This document shows positions 37,567 through 45,585 of a stretch of DNA of 54,437 nucleotides, in pieces. The notes under the pieces are model-generated. The model saw nothing but the letters and a program-made list of their open reading frames with translations, was not told the DNA's origin and did no database searches. The first letter of the stretch is position 1, and every line of letters begins with the position of its first letter. Position numbers and translations under genes: made by a program. Source of the DNA: Candidatus Caldarchaeum sp. (GTDB lineage Archaea > Thermoproteota > Nitrososphaeria_A > Caldarchaeales > Caldarchaeaceae); contig JAWBRA010000012.1 of the NCBI GenBank assembly GCA_038844785.1, forward strand, positions 1 to 54,437, read 5' to 3'.

Positions 37567-39143
37567 TTGACTTCAGTCAGCTTTGTTATCATGCCTATGC
37601 CTTTGGTTTTCCCCTCACGGAAAACAAACCTGTCGCCCGGCTGGACGTAGAACGGCCTATATTTGAAACGCATTTCAACCCTACCTGTCTCCCCAGCCTT
37701 TAGATATGGTTTGTCAAGCATTCTAATCTTAACCGTCGAAGCTATAGTATGGCAGTGGAGAATGGGTTCATAGCCGTCTCCTATACGCGTGGGATGGGAC
37801 AGCACCGTAACCTCAGCCTCAAAACCCCAAACGCTGCGGGGTTTCAACGCTTGGTCGCAGAGAATCATGCCCCGATGAAGCATCTCTTCCCCAGCGCCCT
37901 TAATCGCTATCCCGACTATGTATCCGGGCTGAGCCTCAGTGAGACGTGTGTAATGCATTTCTATGCTTCTCGCCCTGACGGGGACATAGCTTCCTTTCGC
38001 AGTTGGTCCTAGCAGGAGCTCCGACCCTGCCTTCAGCCTTCCCTGCTTGACCGAGCCTGACACCACGCTACCAACTCCTTCAACATTGTAAACTCTGTCG
38101 ATGTAGAGCAGGAACGGCTCGTCAGATCTTTTTTCCCTAACGGGAAGGGAACGCAGCAGAGAATAAACAAGTTCGTACCCCTCCCTGGTCACTGAAGAAG
38201 TCCTTAGGATAGGTACAATCACTGACATTTTGTCCACCACTAGGTTTACGTCATCCTCTGACCTAACTATCATAGGTATGCGGCCAACTCTCTTTAGCAT
38301 CGATGATATCTCGTTCTCAACTTCCTCAACCCGTTCAAGCCTTACTTTATCCGTCTTGGTGATGCAGACAACCACAGGCAACCCCATCGCAAGCATTATG
38401 CCCAAATGCTCTTTAGTTATATGTGTAGGCCCGTCGTCAGCAGCTATGACGAGAAAACCGTAATCAATTTCCTGCCCAAGCAAACCTCTTATCGTTGTTC
38501 TTAGCCAAGGTTCATGCCCTACCGTGTCAACGAAGCTTATCAACTTTTCAGATTCTTTCATGACTCTGATTCTATCGTTTTTGTCTAAAGGGTTTTTGAG
38601 AAAACATGGTTGCTTACCCTTAAACCCTAATACTGCAAAGTGCAGGTCGGCGGATAGGTTTCTTTCAACTTCGTGGGGTAACGTGTCTAGATAAAGCCAT
38701 TTACGCCCGTCATCCTTCTCACCTGTTATTAGACAGGCTAAGAAGGTTGATTTACCGTGGTTGACGTGTCCAGCCACAGAAACTATCACATGGTTCCTGC
38801 TAGGTTCAACGATGGAGGAAATTATGACCCTGGCTATAACGCCGCCATTACTTTCAAACCTTTCAACCTTAACTATGGATGCGTCACACTCGGAAGCCAC
38901 CTTTTTCAATACGCTAAGGCTTTCCTCAAGCTCAATCTCCGTAATACCGGCCGCAGTACCGTCATCCTTTACGCCCAAGATGTATACCGCCGTCCCGCCA
39001 CCCAGTTCAATTCTATGCTTCATCTGACTGGCGAGCTTTTGTCTTTTCTCGTCTCTTAGATGGATTTCGGGAACGAGCTTCTCCTTAAACTCTATGTGCT
39101 GCATCTCCGACCTTGGTATAGTAAACCTACGGCTATCTGCCAC
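37563..39143 (-). CDS. Translational GTPase of the GTPBP1/2 (aGTPBP) family
   Basis: N-terminal IEFK..LASQMK.R...G.G.A.Y.LGV.DDG domain, GHVNHGKST, DTVGHE, TKTD, EF-Tu-like domains II/III, FREGKTKGIG. Confidence 0.9.
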   Translation of the reverse strand: MADSRRFTIPRSEMQHIEFKEKLVPEIHLRDEKRQKLASQMKHRIELGGGTAVYILGVKDDGTAAGITEIELEESLSVLKKVASECDASIVKVERFESNGGVIARVIISSIVEPSRNHVIVSVAGHVNHGKSTFLACLITGEKDDGRKWLYLDTLPHEVERNLSADLHFAVLGFKGKQPCFLKNPLDKNDRIRVMKESEKLISFVDTVGHEPWLRTTIRGLLGQEIDYGFLVIAADDGPTHITKEHLGIMLAMGLPVVVCITKTDKVRLERVEEVENEISSMLKRVGRIPMIVRSEDDVNLVVDKMSVIVPILRTSSVTREGYELVYSLLRSLPVREKRSDEPFLLYIDRVYNVEGVGSVVSGSVKQGRLKAGSELLLGPTAKGSYVPVRARSIEMHYTRLTEAQPGYIVGIAIKGAGEEMLHRGMILCDQALKPRSVWGFEAEVTVLSHPTRIGDGYEPILHCHTIASTVKIRMLDKPYLKAGETGRVEMRFKYRPFYVQPGDRFVFREGKTKGIGMITKLTEVN

Positions 39144-39187
39144 GTCTATCTACCTTCCACGAATAAGAACCATGTAGGACACGCATC

Positions 39188-39418
39188 CTACCCCATGACT
39201 ATCAGCGAAACAACCGACGTTATGTTTTCGATTTTTTTGATACGCTGGTTAACTACCTGCTTTAACGCATCCATCGAATCAGCCTCAACCTTAACCACAG
39301 TATCATAGACTCCGTAAACACGCTGCGCGTACTTAACTTCCTTAACTGCCTTAAGTGCGTTCAGAACATCCTCCTCCTTTCCCAGTTTCACGTTCAAGAG
39401 TAGAAAAGCTATTGGCAT
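39188..39418 (-). CDS. Stand-alone Lrp/AsnC ligand-binding (RAM) domain
   Basis: AFLLLNVKLG.E..V, VYGVYD.VVKV; no HTH. Confidence 0.88.
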   Translation of the reverse strand: MPIAFLLLNVKLGKEEDVLNALKAVKEVKYAQRVYGVYDTVVKVEADSMDALKQVVNQRIKKIENITSVVSLIVMG

Positions 39419-39617
39419 GGGTCTGTCCCGATAAAATAACCAATGCCGGTATAAAAATACATAACTTTTTAAAAGTTCCAGGTTCTTTCAATACTTTTGA
39501 ACGGCTTGTCTCTCAGATGAACCCCTCCATAACTGTTCTGGGTGTTTAGGACGTCAAGCCAGACAAAGCTCATCCCACAGATTAGAACCATCTACGAGCA
39601 CAGTATACAATCTTCTG

Positions 39618-39797
39618 GAAGGAAAAAATAAGGGGAGAGTTGGCTGGAGGCAACCAACCAGAACAACATCTAAGAACACCCCTAGGAAAGGCTGACCAAT
39701 ATGTTAAGGACCGTATCCTGTAGGATACGGTTATTTTTATACGGGCCGGCCTTTCCATAGGGGTTTTTCCCTGCTGTTCAGGCCGGCGCCTCCAGCC
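39618..39797 (-). ncRNA. Putative structured 3' RNA of IS110/Nop-like element, copy 2
   Basis: 10-bp clamp 39642-39651 / 39788-39797; 8-bp stem 39745-39752 / 39780-39787 with 8+8 internal loop; 9-bp hairpin 39710-39718 / 39723-39731; C/T-rich tail. Overlaps the stop codon at 39778. Confidence 0.65.
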
Positions 39798-40628
39798 TTT
39801 CCCGTTCCTTCACAGTCTTCCAGATTCTCTTTAGCAGTTGTTCTTCGTCCCTTGCTTTGTAGTGAGCGTTGTTTAGAACAGCTGTTGTCAGCCTTGAAAG
39901 CGCGTATCTCGCCGTTTTGCTATAGATTTTATTGACTCCCTGACTTTGAATAATCCGAAGAACTTTCTGAGACATCTGTAAAACCTTGTCCTTTCTATGT
40001 AAGGCATTATCTCTGCCAGGGCCTGCCTTGCAATCAGATAGTTGTCGCCAGTTATTCCAAGCTCCTCCACCACCTTTTTGAAGTATGGGTATCTTTTCTC
40101 TGCCTCAGAGACAATCGACGAAGCCATCTCCATCATAGATTCTTCAACAACCTTCACGGACTTCATGAGAATCATCCTCTCAGCATCCTGCAGGGCCTTA
40201 GCCCTGTTCAGGAAGCTTGCATGCACTCTTTGCGAACTTCGGAAAGCCGTCGTAAGCCGTCGCATAACCAAATAGTCTTCATCAACTTCTCTAAACCACT
40301 TTGGGTCTATAGCCATCATCGTTCTGATGTCATTCCTAGAGGTCTTTGAAAGCCCAAGCTCCTCACGCTTCTCGGCCATCACCGTCATTCTCCGAAGGTA
40401 GAAAACCCTAACACCACGCCTGAGAAGCTCTACAAAGCCATCTGTAAGCTCCACGGGAATAACATCCACGTAGAGCTCGTCAGCGTGCTCTGCTGGAATA
40501 TCGGTTATCCGGCGGACTCGGCTGAAGTTTTCGCCATCGGTGCTGTAAGTGTGGAAGTTCTCCTCAGTTTTCCTGCCACGTTTCTTGCTAGCAAGCCTAT
40601 GTATGTCAGCGAAAAACCTTCCTCCCAC
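39778..40628 (-). mobile_element. Divergent IS110-like RuvC(DEDD)/coiled-coil/Nop-like protein gene, frameshifted (~283 aa if repaired)
   Basis: FADIH, LYVD, KTSRND (D-D-KTxxxD pattern), RRLT..FR coiled coil, LAEIMPY...LRKFFGLF (Transposase_20/Nop-like). Adding one G in the AGGG run at ~39938-39941 joins ORFs 39888-40628 and 39778-39975. Confidence 0.7.
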
Positions 40629-40630
40629 TC

Positions 40631-40661
40631 TCCCGAGAGGTTTATAAGCCTCTTTTCGGGA
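40631..40661. promoter_or_regulatory. Imperfect palindrome centred on a TATA box
   Basis: TCCCGAGAGG-TTTATAAG-CCTCTTTTCGGGA, lying between the IS110-like start codon and the large structured region. Confidence 0.6.
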
Positions 40662-40672
40662 TATCTGTCATC

Positions 40673-41330
40673 TTAACTCCTCCCTCCCTTTTTCAGGAGG
40701 CCTGAGCCTTGTCGGGGGCTGGCGGCCTTCCACACCAGCCTCCGCTCCCCTGTCGTTTTATGCGCCGGGGAGCAGGCTTCAGCCACCTGTAAGCCCGGTG
40801 GCTTGGCTTGGGAGGAGCGGCTCATACCCCTCCCCATGTAGAGGTTGGGGAGGGCGGCCTGTGAGGCCGTGGAAAACCCCCTCAAGCCAAGCCACCAGAC
40901 CGTGGGTGAGGGTATATCTTCGGAAGCCTCTGAACGTTATCCTGCGTCTTCGTGTCTCCAACATCCATCCACAAACCCTCTCAAACACCCCCATGGTGTC
41001 TGAGAAACATAAGTGGAATGGATGTGGAGAACGTCGTCCAGCATTGTCCAGACAGCCTTCATACGTCGTCTGTCTCCCTACCGCACGTCCGCCAACCCAG
41101 TGGCCGCGCCAAGGCCCAGTTTCCAGCCAAACCCTCCCCCGCCACCCCACAGCATTTAGAAAGGGGTGGCCGCCTTCTACGGCGGGTTGGGTGAGGGTTT
41201 GTTTTTGGCGGAGTTTTCCTATGCGTGTTCGCGGGGACGACTCTATGTTTTCACACCCCCTCACGCCTGGAGGGGATGGCCTCAGGGCTTCATCACGGGA
41301 CAATCGCCCCGCTCATTACATGGTTGTTCA
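40673..41330. ncRNA. Candidate large structured non-coding RNA (strand unresolved)
   Basis: GC-rich, with no protein-like ORF. Many helices: 40797-40810/40883-40896 (14 bp perfect), 40828-36/40846-54, 40744-50/40767-73, 40961-68/41018-25, 41088-95/41205-12. Confidence 0.55.
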
Positions 41331-41471
41331 ACCCACATGGATTTAAGCAGATAGGTGGTGTTGTCTGTAGCGTCCGGACAACGCTTTAAACATACCCGAT
41401 AAAGGAGATTACATAGGTGTTGTTAGGGGAGATATAACATTATAGCGGGATGGAGGCTGAGAACACCAAAC

Positions 41472-41696
41472 ATGTATAAGCCGTTGTTCTATTTAGAGGC
41501 TAACGACGGGAGAGAGGTTAGAATAGCCTTATGGGTTGAGGACGGAACACCACATTTCAGCTATATGGAATATGAGGAGCCTCTGTTTATTCCTTCAGGC
41601 AGTCAGCCACAATATGATAAGGGAGAATGGTATTGTAGAAAATGCCGTCAAACATTCAAAAACAGGGATAAACGCCCAACCGCAACAGAACATTAA
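41472..41696 (+). CDS. Small hypothetical protein with C-terminal CxxC (WYCRKC); possibly a degraded gene
   Basis: 74-aa ORF; homologous remnants at 3094-3150 and 2920-2963 show it belongs to a repeated family. Confidence 0.55.
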   Translation: MYKPLFYLEANDGREVRIALWVEDGTPHFSYMEYEEPLFIPSGSQPQYDKGEWYCRKCRQTFKNRDKRPTATEH

Positions 41697-41883
41697 GGAA
41701 AAAACCAAGAAGAAAGAAATACAAACCAACCATCCAATATTATGGTTAAGCGGTCGCTCCAATAGGCTGAGCTATGTGTTTCTCGTCCTCTATGCCTTTG
41801 GGTTTGAAGCCGTCTTAACACCTGAAACCTCTCTGCGGGGCCTAACAGCCTGTTCTTAAGCCGCCCTAAAATATGTTAAAGGC

Positions 41884-42246
41884 TTATCCTAATCTGTATC
41901 CGCAGAAAAAGCATACAGCCGCTCCAACCTCGTTTAAGGCGTGGCAGCTGGGGCAGTGGAAAGACGTTACAAGCCTAAGCTCCTCCCGTTTTCGCGGTTT
42001 TTCTTCACCTACTGAAGGCATGCAAACCAGAGTCTCAACCTTTACGACGTTGGGAAGCTTTCCAACAGCCTCGTAGACCTTGTGTGAAAGGTCTTTTAAA
42101 CTGTCTGCCGTCATCACCAACACAGCATCGTAGCGTCCGAACACGCTGTGAGCCATCATCACGCCCGGCAGGCTTCGTGAAGCAACAACCTGATCAGAAG
42201 TGCCTGGCAGGGTTTGGACAAGAACGTAGGCAATTAATTTAGTCAT
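41884..42246 (-). CDS. Lrp/AsnC ligand-binding domain plus zinc ribbon
   Basis: AYVLVQT.PG, SVFGRYDAV, then CPSCH...VCFFCG. Confidence 0.85.
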   Translation of the reverse strand: MTKLIAYVLVQTLPGTSDQVVASRSLPGVMMAHSVFGRYDAVLVMTADSLKDLSHKVYEAVGKLPNVVKVETLVCMPSVGEEKPRKREELRLVTSFHCPSCHALNEVGAAVCFFCGYRLG

Positions 42247-42497
42247 CTACCATCCTCGCTGAAGAGAACTATGCATGTTTCGGTTCTTACAACGTTTGGT
42301 ATCTTTTCTATGACTTTGTATATGAGCCTCGAGAGCTCAGCCAAGTCGGATACCTCAACCGTTATGATTGCATCGTATCGTCCGAACACGGAGTCAGCTG
42401 CAACAACACCCTGTACGCTTCTAGCCTCCCTGAGGTAAGCTGTAACCTCCTCAGATGTTCCAGGCTTGGTGGAGACGAGGACGTATGCCTTGACCAT
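42243..42497 (-). CDS. Stand-alone Lrp/AsnC ligand-binding domain
   Basis: AYVLVSTKPG, SVFGRYDAI, VVRTET. Confidence 0.88.
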   Translation of the reverse strand: MVKAYVLVSTKPGTSEEVTAYLREARSVQGVVAADSVFGRYDAIITVEVSDLAELSRLIYKVIEKIPNVVRTETCIVLFSEDGR

Positions 42498-42503
42498 TTA
42501 GGG

Positions 42504-43958
42504 TCACACGTCGAAGTAAAGATAGAACTCGTAGGGATGGGGCTTCGTACTAACGTCTACATATGCCTTCAACTGCAGCTCCGTCATAACCTCTATCAAG
42601 TCGTCGGAGATGACGGGCTTGAGAAAATCTCTGTCGCTGAGTAACTCTTCAACTGCCTCCCTGAGGCTTCCTGGAAGCTCTTTTATTCCCAGCTGTCTTC
42701 TTCTCTCGGGGGTGAGTTTATAGATGTCTTCGTTGACGGGGTCTCCGGGGTCTATTTTCTGTTTCACGCCATCAGCCCCTGCGGCAGCAATCGCGGCGAA
42801 GCAGAGGTATGGGTTCGCGGAAGTATCTGGTGTCCTAAACTCTATCCTCTTGCTCTTCATACCTCCTCGTCCTCTGTAGTAGACGGGTACGCGCACGTTG
42901 GCAGACCTGTTGGACCTGCTCCAAGCTATGAAGACTGGCGCCTCATAGCCTGGAACAAGCCTCCTGTAAGAGTTGGTTGTGGGGTTGGTTATGGCTGTTA
43001 AAGCCCTGCTGTGTTCCAACAGCCCTCCGACAAAATACCTGCCTATTTGGCTTAGTTCTGCGTATTCGTCGTTTTCGTCGTAGAAGAGGTTGACCCCGTT
43101 GTTCCAAAGGCTTACGTGTACGTGCATGCCTGAAGCGTTGTCGCCGAATATCGGCTTGGGCATGAAAGTCGCCACCATGCCCATCTGGCTTGCGACGTTT
43201 CTAGCCACATACTTGTATGTCTGGGCTTTGTCAGCCATTCTAACAAGCGTGTCGAACCTCATGTCTATTTCACATTGACCGGCCGTAGCTACCTCGTGAT
43301 GGTGGGCGTCGACCTCAACTCCGAAATAGTCTGTTAAAATCCTGCAGACCTCGTTCCTGTACTCCATCAAAGTGTCCTGAGGCGGAGCTGGATAATATCC
43401 CTCCTTGAACCTTATAGGCAGAGATGTACCGTCCGAGTTCCAAGCAGCTTCACGCGACTCTATCTTGTAGCTAACACCCTTGTAAGGCGATGTGACGTCC
43501 CATTGAACCTTGTCGAACACAAAGAACTCTATCTCAGGACCCCAGTATGAAGCGTCAAACCCGAGAGACTTGAGATATTCTTCGGCTTTCTGGGCCGCGT
43601 ATCTAGGGTCTCGGCTGAACCTTCCGCCGCCAAACCCTCTGTAGACATCGCATATCATTCTAGCTGTTTTTTTGCCGTCGAGGCTCCAGGGAAGTATTGC
43701 GAAGGTGGTTGGGTCGGGTCTTATCAGCATGTCTGACTCATGTATTTCCGCAAAACCCCTGATTGAGGAGCCGTCCAGCTTAGCCACTCCAGCGGTAAAC
43801 GTGTTTTCGTCGACATAACGTGTGGAGATAGTTATGTGATGCAGTTTTCCGAACACGTCTGTTAGCTGAAGGTCTAAGAACCTGATGTCCTGCTCTTGAA
43901 TCGCGACCACTATATCGTCCTTTGTCATCGACCATGGTTTTAGCCTCGCTTCCTGCAT
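42504..43958 (-). CDS. glnA: Glutamine synthetase type I
   Basis: DGSSIRGF, HHHEVATAGQCEI, TFMPKP..GDNASGMH.H, RRLVPGYEAP, RIEFRTPD. Start uncertain; the ORF extends to 44027. Confidence 0.96.
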   Translation of the reverse strand: MQEARLKPWSMTKDDIVVAIQEQDIRFLDLQLTDVFGKLHHITISTRYVDENTFTAGVAKLDGSSIRGFAEIHESDMLIRPDPTTFAILPWSLDGKKTARMICDVYRGFGGGRFSRDPRYAAQKAEEYLKSLGFDASYWGPEIEFFVFDKVQWDVTSPYKGVSYKIESREAAWNSDGTSLPIRFKEGYYPAPPQDTLMEYRNEVCRILTDYFGVEVDAHHHEVATAGQCEIDMRFDTLVRMADKAQTYKYVARNVASQMGMVATFMPKPIFGDNASGMHVHVSLWNNGVNLFYDENDEYAELSQIGRYFVGGLLEHSRALTAITNPTTNSYRRLVPGYEAPVFIAWSRSNRSANVRVPVYYRGRGGMKSKRIEFRTPDTSANPYLCFAAIAAAGADGVKQKIDPGDPVNEDIYKLTPERRRQLGIKELPGSLREAVEELLSDRDFLKPVISDDLIEVMTELQLKAYVDVSTKPHPYEFYLYFDV

Positions 43959-44112
43959 GAACTCTTCCACCTCATCAACAAGTCCATACATGGTAATAAG
44001 CCAATATTTATTGATTGCTTTCGGCATTTAACCGCCAAAGAAACATCTTTTCTGTCATTTATACAATAGATGTCAGCTTAGGTTTTTAAACACCTTCACA
44101 AAGCCCTAGTGC

Positions 44113-44463
44113 ATGATAACCCGGGCCACCGCTCTCATTCTTTTTCTGACATTAGTCCAGCTGGCTCAGGGAATAGCCATGAGGCTGGAGGTCGCAGACC
44201 CCGACATTGTCACGCCACCACACATCGGTTTGGGAGTAATTACAGCTTTAATTATAATAGGTTTAACCCGCAGCGTAAGACGTCAAACACATCATGTCTC
44301 AGCAGATATCACGTTCCTTCTGCTGCTTTTCTTAGTCCAGGGCATGTCTGGAGTCTTCAGACTAGCCGGCGTCGAAGCAGCTACATTAATACACTTTATT
44401 CTTTCGTTCTTTGTTGTAGCCGCTGCAGCCAACGCGTTTATTCTATCGGCTTCAGGCCGTTAA
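44113..44463 (+). CDS. Small four-TM membrane protein with His residues
   Basis: Hydrophobic helices with PHIGLG, LVQG.SG and IHF motifs. Confidence 0.6.
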   Translation: MITRATALILFLTLVQLAQGIAMRLEVADPDIVTPPHIGLGVITALIIIGLTRSVRRQTHHVSADITFLLLLFLVQGMSGVFRLAGVEAATLIHFILSFFVVAAAANAFILSASGR

Positions 44464-44476
44464 CCCTTCTAGTTGA

Positions 44477-44869
44477 CTACCTGTTTATGTAGAAGGTTAA
44501 AACAGCAACCGCTATGGCTAGAACGTGAGCTGTTGTACACAGAATGCAAACAGCCTTTATCAAAACCAGCTCCACGTAAACTAACGCAACCACGCCTGCA
44601 AGGCCTAAAAGAGACCATGCAGCGAGGAACCTTGCCGCCCATCTTTTCTCGGAGGAGAGAAATGCCGCGGAGCAGGCTGCGGCGAACCATCCGGCGCCGT
44701 AGAGGGCGGTTGGCACGCCCAGCAGCTTTGCATACGGGCTTGACAGGACCCTGTCGCATGAAATGAAGCTTGTTATTTCGCAGAACTCCGGCGATGGAGC
44801 AATCGATAAGTAAAGTGATAAAACTAAACCAGCTAAAGACGTGGCTGCAGCAGCAATGTTGACAATCAT
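44477..44869 (-). CDS. Vitamin K epoxide reductase (VKOR) family protein
   Basis: FC......SCDRVLSSPYA...GVP and CILC redox motif. Confidence 0.92.
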   Translation of the reverse strand: MIVNIAAAATSLAGLVLSLYLSIAPSPEFCEITSFISCDRVLSSPYAKLLGVPTALYGAGWFAAACSAAFLSSEKRWAARFLAAWSLLGLAGVVALVYVELVLIKAVCILCTTAHVLAIAVAVLTFYINR

Positions 44870-44876
44870 CTACCTC

Positions 44877-45482
44877 TCACTTCGCTGCTATGTATTTGTC
44901 AAGCTCCTGCGCAAGCCTTTCGTATGGCTGCTCTCCCTCGAGCTTCAGCAGAATCGTTCCATCAGGGCCTATGATGAAGTATGTAGGGGTTCCTCTGACG
45001 CCGTATTTGCTGAAAACATCTAGCTGCGGGTCGAAAACAGCTGTCCAGCTAACCCTATGATTCTTTAGATAGCTGGCCGTTTTCTGAGCGTCTGTGTTAT
45101 ATCCGCCCGCTACTGTTATGAAGACAACATTCTTATCTCTGTAGTTGGCGTAAAGCCTCTCAATTATCGGAGCCATGTTGTTGCAGTGAACACACCATTC
45201 ATGGATGAAGTCCATGAAAACAGTCTTTCCGCTGGCTGGGTTGAAATCCAGCTTCTGACCCTTCAAACCCTCGCCGTCGATAAGGTTGAGGCTGAAAGCA
45301 GGGGCGCGACCGCCTATGTTAGCCGTCGTATGTCCCGTGTTCGTCACAGTCGTTATGTTCGATGCCGGAGGTGTAACAACCAGATAAACGATGAAAGCGA
45401 GGAGAATCGCTGCCGGTACGAACGCAAGATAAGTCTTCACAGATGTTTTTGTCCCTTTTTTCTTAGGCATGGTCTGACCCAT
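44877..45482 (-). CDS. Membrane-anchored TlpA/ResA-like thioredoxin
   Basis: N-terminal TM, APAFSL, WCVHC, GTPT. Confidence 0.9.
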   Translation of the reverse strand: MGQTMPKKKGTKTSVKTYLAFVPAAILLAFIVYLVVTPPASNITTVTNTGHTTANIGGRAPAFSLNLIDGEGLKGQKLDFNPASGKTVFMDFIHEWCVHCNNMAPIIERLYANYRDKNVVFITVAGGYNTDAQKTASYLKNHRVSWTAVFDPQLDVFSKYGVRGTPTYFIIGPDGTILLKLEGEQPYERLAQELDKYIAAK

Positions 45483-45585
45483 CTTTGACGAAGCTCTGAT
45501 TTAAATTCTTTCCAGAAACATCCAGCTACTAACTGCTTAAGATCTCAGCTCAGCGTTAAATGCTGCTGTTTTTAATCTGCAGCAG

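Noticed and set aside
37563-39143. SelB or EF-1alpha call, or a novel Schlafen-GTPase fusion
   Set aside because: The architecture with the IEFK N-terminal domain is the known GTPBP1/2-type family.
40665-40673. AGATGACAG (minus) resembles the copy-1 loop pair GACAG/AGATGA as a donor site
   Set aside because: Very short, both halves match the same strand (unlike bridge-RNA geometry), and it belongs to the other copy; indistinguishable from chance.
40673-41330. Identification as RNase P RNA, SRP RNA, tmRNA or a group I/II intron
   Set aside because: Only partial look-alikes were found (AGGAAAACTCCGCC; GTTCAGAGGCT...AAGATATA). Spacing and partner motifs (RNase P CR-V, SRP GGAA helix 8, intron domain V or P7 context) could not be found.
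40779-41354. ORFs of 174, 182, 80 and 62 aa across the structured region
   Set aside because: Pro/Arg/Gly/Trp-rich, mutually overlapping and motif-free; typical of GC-rich non-coding DNA.
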